DNA of 64,000 nucleotides, from positions 434,001 through 498,000 of the forward strand of contig NW_026936290.1 of assembly GCF_032062105.1 (NCBI RefSeq), given 5' to 3'. Both the position numbers and the translations under genes were made by a program. Shown piece by piece: positions 12,665-24,600 of the stretch (positions are counted from its first letter, which is position 1; every line of letters begins with the position of its first letter). The stretch is from Saccostrea cucullata (Eukaryota). The notes under the pieces were generated by a model. The model saw only the letters and a program-made list of their open reading frames with translations. It was not told the origin of the DNA and made no database searches.

Positions 12665-13319
12665 TACGATATATATCTTGGTGAGCTTGAGATAAAAGAT
12701 ACCACAGAGTCTGACACATCTGTTTTATATTTGGATATTTTACTTGAAAAAGATGTTAATGGTGATCTAACAACCCGGCTCTGTGAAATACGTGATGACT
12801 TTTAACTTTTCTATTGTCAACTTCCCTTATTTATGCAGTCACATACTTTCATCACCTGCATATAGAGTTTATATATCTCAGTTGATTCGATACGTAAGAG
12901 CATTCTCTACGTATGAACAATTTCTAAAAGGAGGTAAATACTAAGTAATTGACAATTATGTTGATGAAACAAGGATATCAGCAGTCTCGGTTAAAGTCAT
13001 CATTTAGTAAGTTCTATGGTCAATACAATGACCTTCTCAGCAAATACAATTTATCTTTGAGAGAAATTTTAACGACATTTTTCATACTAATTGTTAATCC
13101 ATTATTTATACACTAAATTGACGACGTTTTTCCCGTTATTTTCCGATCATGACAAGGAGCTCACGGCTGGTGTGGCCGGTCAGCAGGGGATGCTCACTCC
13201 TCTATGACACCTGATCCCATCTCTGATGTGTTGAAGGTCCGTTTGGGCTCTGCTCCTATTTTGTATTGTTTTATGGACTTTTGATCTTGAATACTATTCG
13301 TTATCTCCATATGTTTCAT
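12665..13319 (+). mobile_element. Penelope-like (Naiad-type) retroelement 3' fragment, decayed RT thumb + 3' UTR
   Basis: ELEIKDTTESDTSVLYLDILLEKD..IVNFPYLCS..SPAY.VYISQLIRY..; shared 3' end ttgaatactattcgttatctccatat. Confidence 0.9.
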
Positions 13320-15362
13320 CAATTAATTTATGTAACCTCGATATATCCAAGGGTACTCTAAATGAAAAGGGAACACCGTACAGTTTACTGCATATAAACG
13401 ATAAGGTAAAAGTAGCAACAAATAAAATTCAGCAAAATTTTCCAATGCCTTATTTTTTGCGAGATTGTTGTATTGAAATTAAAAGCGAGATAAACTTTTC
13501 ACGCATTCTGGTAATTGTTCCATTTAGTCTTTTTAAATAATACATTGTATACGAAAATAGGGGAGAAATTTCTTGCAAATAAAAGGTAATTTTCAATTAT
13601 TTGCAGATACAGTTTTGTATTCATTTGAAGGAGAATTTGACCAAAATCTTATACGTGAAAATCAATTGGTATGAAAGTGACAGCCAAAATACAACAATGA
13701 TAGGTAATATTTACTATCAAGATTCTTTATCTACTATACAACTTACGAGATACTGACGTAAAACTAGGTTATTGAAATCACTGTAACATCGACGTAGACC
13801 TGTGTCAGTTGCCTGTCCCGTTTCAGAACTGAACGCTCGGAGTACTCTTTAGTTGAGTATATGAAGTAAGCTGTGAAAAGTAAACACCATATACAGGTAA
13901 TATAGGATATATAACTACCTAAAATAGGGGAAGATGACGTTAGAAATTATCTCGTTTTTCATACAGTTTAGATGGGCATTATCACCAGAAAAGTATCCAA
14001 ATATAAAATATACGTGACAGACTCGTACTTATCAGTAGAATTTTTAAATCTATGTGTCCAAGTAAAACTTTTTATATTAAATTTCACATACGAACGTCAA
14101 TGACATGAAGATTCCTCGCCCAATAATTCAAAAAGTATAAAAAGACTGTTATTATAGATTTATCATAAAACAGACAGTAAGCTGGTTATTTGATCTATTT
14201 AACGTATTTTTTCCTCGTAAACTCCCTGTGTAATAATCCATGGAGAGATAAAAACTTTGTCAATTTGGAAGGAGGTACTCGTAATGGAAAGTACATATAT
14301 AGAGAAAGTCATTACATGAAGTATCAATTTATATAGAGAGTCACAACCTAATTTCCACATGAACAAAACGATCAAATCGATATGGACAATATTGCTTCAT
14401 TCTAAAACTCTTTAAGCGGTTAAGTGTTTGTATCATCTATTTATTCAGTGGTCAATTGCAAGAAACAATTTTACATCATTGGAACACACTACTTTCTTCC
14501 TAAATCCTTAAACAAAAATATTGCCTCGACAATTATGATTCTTATGCAAAAGTTTCGGGAAAATGCTGAAATGTATGGGATTGTTTCTCCTGTGATTTAC
14601 ACACCAATAACTCACGCAAAACATTCCTTAAATATCTTTACTTGAGCGAATAAACTGAACCAGAACCGACTCTCAACTGAAGTAAAAGTAAGTATCTGTT
14701 GAGAGCATTTTAAAACTTTATTTTCCCCTTACCACGAACCATATATCTGATATGAATTGAAACTCATTTGCATTCCATTAAAATGTTTCTTCAGCCGGTG
14801 GTGTGGAAACAATGGCGACTTCAAGGAACAGTCTCTGTTTTTAATATCTCACTAGGACCAGGTCGCCATATAAAAAAATTACGTTATCGATTCCTCGACA
14901 AATCTACAGCTAATCTATGGCAAACTCAGCATATTAATGGATATAGAAGAAAGAAAGTCGTGGATTTGATTTTCTTTATTCATGATACATGAACTTTTCA
15001 TAAAAATAAAATTATAATTATATATTTTTGCCATTCTCAACATGTACAGATAATATATACTTTCATTTTGTTTTAACAATACAGAAAACACGTGTACTAC
15101 AAGAAGCGAATGGTGAGGGACCACTGATACGTCCACAGTAATAACCGGTGAACGATACGTCAGGTCGATAAATAACAGGGTTACATTCAGTATCACAATG
15201 GATAGAAGGCAAGTACTGGCACACACTATGACACAAACATCACTTTAATATTTAAAAAATCTTTCGCAAGATGGGATATGAAATCACTCTTCATAAAGCA
15301 CTTTTCTTTTTATGAATGAGATAAAAAAACAAAATTATGATAAAGGGTGGAAAACAAAAAAA

Positions 15363-15670
15363 TTATCGTCTGTAAAGGTGTTGCCACATCGCCATGGACT
15401 TCCGGTGGTTATTTAGCATGTCATTCCAATGTTTACCTTCCGCTTCCGGTCTGTTTGGTCCTATAATACACCGTCCAACAAATTCACCGTGACCTATCAG
15501 GTCATGGTCAAGCACCGTGACCTCAAGGTTACACTTTGCCAACATGTCTGCTGAAATGTTAAAGGTCAGAGCCTCGTTCCAGACAGGAGCTGTTGTGCTT
15601 CTTTTGACAGAAGTTTTCTTTCTTTTGACTTTTTTGCCGTCCACGACGAGTGACACCCGAACGTACGGGT
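15363..15670 (-). CDS. Syt: Synaptotagmin last coding exon (C2B core, stop TAA)
   Basis: tttcag|ACCCGTAC; DPYV, polybasic KKVKRKKT, PVWNEALTF, HWNDML. Confidence 0.96.
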
Positions 15671-18600
15671 CTGAAAAGGAAAAGTTATTTAATTTAGAGG
15701 GTGTTAAATTGTTCTTCACATATTCACCACTAAAATATTTCAAACGTTAAATAGCATGTTTTTCCTTCTCTAAGACATTATAGATGAACAGAATTAATTA
15801 AATACTGAGTATATTGAGATAAAGAACATTATTCGAGCTCAGAAGTTCATTAAACAATACAAAATAGGAGCAGAAAAAACACGGACCGCTACAACATCTG
15901 AGGTCAGATCAGGTACCATTGAGGAGTGAGCATCCTCTGCCAACATTACTCACGTATTAATGAAAGTTGTGATTAATGAAGACAAAGTGTTGACGACTAA
16001 ATCTTAGATTAAGAAATAATTTAGAATGTATGAGTTATTTTTATATAACGTACCACAGGATCCGCCCGCCGCGGTCATCACCAGCTCTGTAGCTTTTAAC
16101 ACGACTACCGTAAGTCTCTCTGCCGTGGGGAGATAACTCAGGGATAATAAAATTTCACCCATGTCATTGTGCTGTAAAAATAAAACAGCATTTCATATCA
16201 CGTGTCAAAAGAGTCTGTCAAATACCTCCACCTGTTGAGCTCAGCTCAGACATACGTTTTTACACATTTCAATGTAAAAACAAAAGAAAACAGACAAAAG
16301 AAAAACAAAAAAAAATAATGATTAATATGTCATGACTTATATTTCTACGAAGTATGTTATGAAAATAAATTAAAACTAAGCAAAAATACGTTAGAATTCA
16401 AAAAGTCTGAATTATGTATGATATTTATAATTATTGAAGTACCTGACTTTGCTTTTGAATGTCGCACCACATTTCTACGCTGTTTGTAACGTCAACTTGA
16501 CCCAAATTGACACTAACTTCTCCTAGTGTTTTATGGCGGGAAAATTTATCAAAGTCAAAGACCTGGAAAATCAATGTCCGCTCTTTCACTTCATCAAGTG
16601 TCACCGGGAACTTAAAGAATTCATTATAAAACGGATTGTGGGTCCGGCGTTTGACGGATGATTGTCGTATTTTCTCGTCGACTTCCGGAACCATACTAAT
16701 CCGGATGTAAGGATCGCCAAATCCTCCTTCTTGATCGAGCGATCTGTCCACCACAAGATCTTGAGCTGAAAAAAAAATCCAAATTTAGTTTTTAAAAAAT
16801 CTCTATCGAGCAGATGGTCCTGTTATTTGAGTTCGATGGATGTTTATAATCCAGTCGGAAATGATGCCAGTCGGAAATGATGAACATAATGTTTACCGTA
16901 ATGACACTATTTGGAAGTAAACAGAGTAATTCTTTTGATAAGAAAAAAATCATTTGATATTGCCATAAATTGAATGATTGACAGTTATTAAACAATTATT
17001 ACTGAGTTTTTATTCCACGTGTACGTCATTTTGCTATATGTGTCATTCCAGATTTAATAAAAAGGAAAAACTTCATGGCAATATAAGTATCCGTTTAACT
17101 TTTAATAAGTTTTTATAAGTAGAGCACACCAAAGTTCAAGTGTATTCATGTTAATTTACGATATGTATTCTGCGCACCGATTCAGTTAAGTCGGTCGTCT
17201 CACCTTCAATAAGATGAACGAGGACATCTGAGGTCCGGAAATCGTATTTGATTCGGATATGAAGTTTCCCCCGGCCCTGCTCCACAGAGGACTGCTGGAG
17301 AACTGCGTCCTTCCGGGGATAAAGATCCGGTCTTATAGCACCTGCAGAAAGGTGGATTTGATTTTCTTATCAAACGAAAAATAAATGGATTGGGCAGCAG
17401 GTATATTGGCTATGTAAGCCCTCTCAAATGAAAAGTTCCTGAATGTTAAACAATTTTTTCAAAGCAATTTTATGTAAATTTCATTTTTGATACATTCTTC
17501 CGTTTATTGAAAATCATTATCGTTGATAAATGTCACACAGAGATGATGGGTATTATATTATAAATAACACATCGCTTTCTACTGAAAACAAAATCCTCAT
17601 ATTCCAGTGATATTCATTCACAAGACTGCTGAGATAAATTTAACTTTTTATTGTCAGGATCTATTTATTATAATAAATGTAGTATTCTTATCTTTCATTT
17701 TTTTTTGTAAATTCGACACTTGATTAAGTGCTACTGACATCAAATTATAGCTTACATTCTTTTTTCTATTGCATGAGAGAACAGGGAATTGATATTATTT
17801 CATATTATTATTATATTATTATTTGATATTATTTTATTGAAATATATGGATATCAGGAACAGTATTCAAACTCTATAGTCCATAAAACAATACATAATAG
17901 AAGTAGAGCAAAAACAGACTTCCAAAACATCAGAGGTGGGATCATGTGCCATAGAGGAGTGAGCGTCCCCTGCCGACCGGTTACACCCGCCGAGTGCTCC
18001 TTGTCATGTACGGTAAATAACGGAAAAATCCATCGTCAATTCAGTGTAACAATAAGTATGAAAAACGTTAGTCAGCATTTGACTCAATGATAAATTGTAT
18101 TTGCTGACAAGGTCATTGTATCGACCATAGCTTAAAAAATGATGCATTTTAACGAGACTGTTGATATCCTTGTGTCATCAACTTATTTGTCAATAATTTA
18201 CCTAGTTTTAGAAATTGTACATACCGGTACATAGAACATGTTCTTGCGTATCGAATCAGTTGAGAAATATAAACTCCGTATGCCCGTAATGAAGGTATAC
18301 TGCTGTATAAGTAAGGAAATTTTACGATTGAAAAGTTAAAGTCAACACGTTTATAATAGAACTTGGTTGTTAAATTATCTTTAAGGTCTAATTACCATTA
18401 GTGACCCTTAATAAATAAAACGATTCAAAATATAAACAAGAATAGATATGGGTTACCCCATATCCAAAGATATTCGACTTTTAGATTTAATATGCTTATC
18501 AGTGTTTATAATGACGTTAATAAAAAAACTGTCATGTCTAGTTACGGAACTGGTGTAAATTTCGTGAGGTCACCCAGTCTCCTAACAAACGGTATGTGTA

Positions 18601-21600
18601 CACATAGGCCTACATGAACCTGTGTCCGCAAGACCAACATTAGCTCGATCTAAACACGTGCGATGGAGCTGTTAAACGCATCCGGCGAGCTCGGAGAAAC
18701 ACGTTTTTTTTGCCGAGAAGTTACGATAGCAGACAAAACTTTTCTTTTCTTAATTAGATCATATGAATATGAATTCTGATTAATAAAAATTATACAATCC
18801 CTGTTGAACTATATATAGTTTGTTCTAACATTTGCATCTGCAACAACTTGTGTTTAAAATGGCCGTGTTAGGAAAATCAAGACCAGATCGGAAAATTCTA
18901 AACTGAAAACCGTTTTTGTTTTGAAAATTACTGAAATATACTAATTAATGTATTTGTCGCAGAAATTACTTACATTATTCAAGTTCTATATAAAATGGTA
19001 GGCCTATGCTGAACTTCAACACGAACCCGAATGTCCGACCCAGTTCTCGTTTTGCTAGCACATTGTTTACAAAGTGTACACACGTGAGCAGAATCCAGCC
19101 AGGGATTGAAAATTCCGTCATTTAATAATATACACACACAGAATGATTATTTTTTTCTTAAAAGGAAATTGTATGATAATTAACAGACTATAAACATGTA
19201 CTTAATACAATTGTTGATATAGTATTATCAATTCATCGGTGAAAAAATATGAATCGAAGAATGACCTAAATATTCTCTATTATCAAACATGTAAAAAAAA
19301 AAAAAAAAAGGCTGAGGAGGGAGCGAGCGTAGGAATATTGATATTTTTTATTTGCATTTCGGGGGGAAAGTGATTTTCTAATAATATTTTGACGTTATTT
19401 TTTATTTCTTTAACGTATGAAATACACAACTTTACTCTTATCATGAACAATAATGTTGTATCTACTTAATCATGATGGAACTATTTTGGTCGGACCAATT
19501 TGTGTGAGCTGCCGCTAAAAACAGTAATATATCTTGCATTAATAGTATGAATTGATCGAATATATTAAAAAAAAGCTTGAAATGCCCTGTTTGTTAGAGA
19601 GAAGGCCGCTTTTCTGTATAGTTTTGATAAAATTTTGAGAAATGTAAAAGGGTGCCCAATTGTATGATTTTGAAAACTAATCACCAAAGTTAGGATCAAA
19701 TATGAGACTATCTGCGCTGGTGTCGCTGCGGGCGCTTATGCTGCTGGTTTCCTCCGTGAACGGGTCACTTTTGATGCTGCCCCTGGACATCGTGGAGATG
19801 CTCCCCCGGGACTGGGGACCTGTGGAGGGTTGGACTGGGCGGTGCTCCTTTGTCATAAACGCTTCCTGTTAATATAAACATAAAAACGGTTTATATTTGG
19901 AGAATAGACACATGCTTCGTTTGATTACTATTCCTATAAAAGCTCAAGAGTGAAATAACATGACCATTCACATTTTTGCATCAAATTATGTTTTACCCCC
20001 TAAATAGTTTTATTTGATGGTGACCTAGACAGATAATCAAAGGCCAATGCCCGACCTACATACACATGGAAACTGGGACATAAAGAGGAGTACAAATCTA
20101 TGCGGGTCTGTACTTATTTCGCAATCAACAATTAAACGCATTATCTGAATCATAGTAATGACATTTGTAAAAAATTAACCGTCTTTGACTTCATGTAAAT
20201 CGAACTAACACTATTACTGAGTCATCTGGGTGACATTTCAATGACAAGTAACACAAAATGTCAATTAACTTCGACCACTTAGCTACTCATGAACTGTTAA
20301 TTGTCGATGACCTGTACCTAATTCAGCGTGCACTCGGACAGTTTTGCTTAACAGTCCCTTATTTAGTACATACACTGGTCAAGTGTAATCTGGTTGTCTT
20401 TAAAACTTCAAAAGGCCACAATTCTGACAAAATTCATTAAAATGGAGCAAAATACAATCTTGATCTTAAATTCATCAAGGCACTATCATATATTAAAAAT
20501 CTCAATGTCCGCATCCTGCACGAGTTCAGGAAAAAAGCGCTAAAAATCAAGTGTGAAGACTGAGAAAGAGAGAGTGGCTGATAATCAATCAGACGAGGAG
20601 GAAACAAAGTCGCCTCCGAATTCATTGTTATGGGACGAAATTAAGTATCCATACATATATTTGACCACGGTTTGTGTATTGTCATAACTTGAAGGAGGGT
20701 TTAGCTTTCAGAATAACGGTCATCAAAATATTGACCTATACTTGAATCAGAAAGAGTAAGAATTGCGATTAAACATTGATCATTCATTTATCAAACTTTG
20801 AAATCTTTTTTTTTTACCCCCCACTGAAATTTCAGAGACACACCGAAGTCTGGGATTCCATGTCCATCATGTATGTTCTAAAAGATAAATACTGTTCATG
20901 TTAAATACCCGATTCCTGTCACCCTCTGCTGAATAAATACATGCTTTTGCCCACCTTTCTTCTTTTATAGTATTTTGTGATGTCCTTTGCTGTATTCATA
21001 TATATGCTTATACTCACATTTCTCCTTCTATAATATTTTTTTTCATATCCTTTACTGTATACACATACCTTTCTCCTCCTATAATATTTTGTGGTATCCT
21101 TCATGCCAATGTGACTTAGTTCTGAACCCATGGCGTAACAACAAAATACTGTCTGTTATAGCCAGGCAGTTATTGGATATATAGTTAGTATTGTTTTGAC
21201 ACGTGGGAAGAGAGAAAATGGTATACGTGTAGAGAGGCATGATATATCAAATGTAAGCTTGTATCCAAACATGAAATGTCAACAGGATCAGGATTTCTTA
21301 CCAAACACCGGCAAAATGAGACAAAATGAGACACTAAAGATAAACAGAAGTGTCGGGTGTGAAAGAATTCAGACCAGCCAACACCAAAAAACGGATCTAA
21401 ATCCAATCCTTGAGCTATATATTGTATTCTGTAAAAAAAAAAATGTTACACGATTCATAATCTGTTTGTTGACACTTTTCAGTGAATAATGTTAAAAGGA
21501 TGAATGTCTACAGAATCGCAATTCAGTACTCTGAAAATTATTCTTCCCAGTTATACTCTGAAGTTTACTCTTAAAAAGATTTGTGCAGTTCCTAATTTAC

Positions 21601-24600
21601 AACATCCACAGAGTCTTTGGAGGCCATGACTTCTTTAAAAATGTTGAAATATTGATAGACATTAATTGTGCTCCTTAGCTATCCATCTGACTTACATACC
21701 CTTGATGCAGGATTTATGCAAAAAATATGCAAAATAATTTACACAACAATTCCGTCAATAAATTTTGAACGATGGATCCTTTGCCTAAAATCATTTACAA
21801 AATAAAATTGGTGAGTTGTGAGTTGATGCCGAGGAAGAAGGGGTCTTCAGTTATTAAATTAAAAAAATTCTTTTGTTCCCTCATCCTTCATCTAAGAATT
21901 GTAGAAAAGAAGTTGTAGATGATTATAGGTTTCGAAAATTGTATGTCCTAGACTGGGGTTTTTCATCAATACAAAAATCACATTGAATGTAATACAAATG
22001 CAACTCTTAATGTATAAGTTCAATTATTTAAACTACATTTTCATGACCAAAATTTTTAAATAAGAATAAAATGCTGACTGACGTTTTTCATACTAATTGT
22101 TAGTCCATTATTTATACGATGAATTGACGAAGGATTTTTTAGTTATTTCCCGATCATGACAAGGAGCACACGGCGGGTGTGACCGGTCAGCAGGGAATCC
22201 TCACTCCTCTATGGCATCTGATCCCACCTCTGATGTTTTGGAGGTCTGTGTCTGCTCTGCTCCTATTTTGCATTGTTTTATGGACTTTGATATTGAATAC
22301 TGTCCGTTATTTCCATATCCTTCATGCATAAAACAACCAAATACATTTTCATACTTCAATATTACTGATTCTCTCCTTCTGTCAATTGATTTGAGGAAAT
22401 AAGGGCACTCAAACAAACAAATAGGCAGAAGCGTGCTTGGTATTTTAACAAAGAGAACACTGCTATTCAATTTGTTGTTGTAACCTCCACCCCCAACCCC
22501 TTCCATTGCAACAAACACAGAACAACCAAAATTATTTTCTTAGTTGTTTTGTTTTAGTAGAAAAATTCATAACTCAATTTTTAATATATCATAGAGTTTA
22601 TGTTACGTTAAACTAATTATCTAATTTTGTTGTGTTTACGTTTACTTTTACCTAGTGTTATCCGATTAAACTTGCGCATTCAGATACTAATGCATTGAAA
22701 AAGAGTACTAATAGTAGTATGCCTAGCTGGTGGTAATCCTTAAAGTGATAAATATTTTAAACCCAATCCTATAACTCACAGTTTCCTATTTTTTTTCGTG
22801 ACTCTAACAAAACTGTGTTAAACACTAACAGTGATCAAATTCGTATTATCACACGTGTTGTAGTAACCACATGTTTGATTTTTAATGCTTCTCGTGACTT
22901 ACATAGGTGGGATACCATTTTAATACTGAAATATTTGTGATTGAAGTAGATTTTATCTTATTAAAGGCGTGTAGACACTGTTAAAAATGCATTTTAAGAT
23001 ATTTAATAAAATATTATAAAGGTCTGCTTTAAAAGCTCTTTAATAAGGAAGTTATCAAAACTATGGATTTCGGGACATATATTCTTGCACTTTCACGAAG
23101 TAAAATTTATCCGAAACAGTTTAGGGAAGTAGAACTAAAGAAATGATATAACAATTTTAATCCTGAAACTTCAGAATAAAAAGTCTGGAAAGTCTGGAAA
23201 GCTAGGCAACTCATCAAATTTAATTGTCCGTGCTCGGTGATGTATGCAGTTTAAGCAAATTAACAAATTACAAAACACAGATGTTTGACGTGATGAGATG
23301 TCATTGTGAATTTTAATAATATTCATAATAATATTCATGTAAGTTCAATTCATTCATCTCAATTTTCATGACTAAAATTTCATAGATGTATTGATAAATT
23401 TAAAAGTACAAAAGAAAAGTTTGATGTTATATACCCCTCTAATGCTTAGTATAGAATATATTTCCTTCTTTTGTTCTAACAAAAACGTTAGGGAGAAACA
23501 AAATTTTTGTCATTATTGTAGGAATACATGTATGTGTTTTTTATCCAATTAAGGACATACGCAAGGTACCTTACCTACTGATAATTTTTCAAGATATTCT
23601 TAATTTAAACTTATGATACCATTACATGTTCTTAGACAAAAAATCAGCATGTGTTACCAGGGGTTTTGAAAAGATATCAAGTTTTGAAAAAAATTTCATT
23701 AATCAAAGAAAAATGTACAAAAATTACAAAACATAAATTCCAGATTTTTTTTCATCAAAAATTGTTTTAGAAGAGGTGTACAGATCCATATACAGACATA
23801 AAAAATATTGCACACAGGTCCTTCATTTAGTGGAACTCTTCAACTCCAGGGAAGAACCCAATAAAGTTCAAACTACGTTGCGTATGACCTTAACTGTAAC
23901 TCAGAACATGCTATAAAAATTACCCTTTTTAAAATTCCCATTTATTTCTAAAAAAAACTAAATTCTCGTGCACAGCCTTTAAAATCTCCACTTCATTCAT
24001 ATTTTAGTGTGAGGATAATGAATTGGAAAGAGTTGGCTGGGAACATGACTCTGGTGTGATTACCTGTCAAGTTATCTTATTCTGAATACAGTTTTATTTT
24101 TTATCCATCATAATACTAGTCAAAACGTGATAAACAATGGGTTGTGGTGTTATGTTTTGGTGGTATAAAAGAATTTGGAAAACACATAAGGCCTTTTAAG
24201 TTTAAGTACAAGTTTCTTATTAACCACTTGTTTCGTTCTACACTAGATGTAGCTTACACTCGTTGATCTTGATATTTGCAGACAAAAATTAATTAATAAA
24301 AAATTAACATGTTTAAATCCGAACAAGACAAAGATGCAAATTAATTGTTTGATTTTGTGGAAGTTAAGTGTAATATATGGAAATAACGAACAGTATTCAA
24401 ATACTCTGAAGTTGACATCAAAAAAGATACCTGAGTTTCTGATTGACAATATCTATGTGGTTTTTGGAGACCAGTTCTTCCAACAATCTATTGGAATTCC
24501 AGTGGGTACAAATTGCGCTCTGTTATTAGCAGGTCTGCTTTTATATTCATATGAAGCAGAATGTGAAAACACTGTCTGTGGCCTTCAACTCATTATTTTG

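Noticed and set aside
18573-19606. TIR element (tctcctaacaaac..gtttgttagaga)
   Set aside because: Interior looks TE-like, but the TIR match is short and no TSD could be defined
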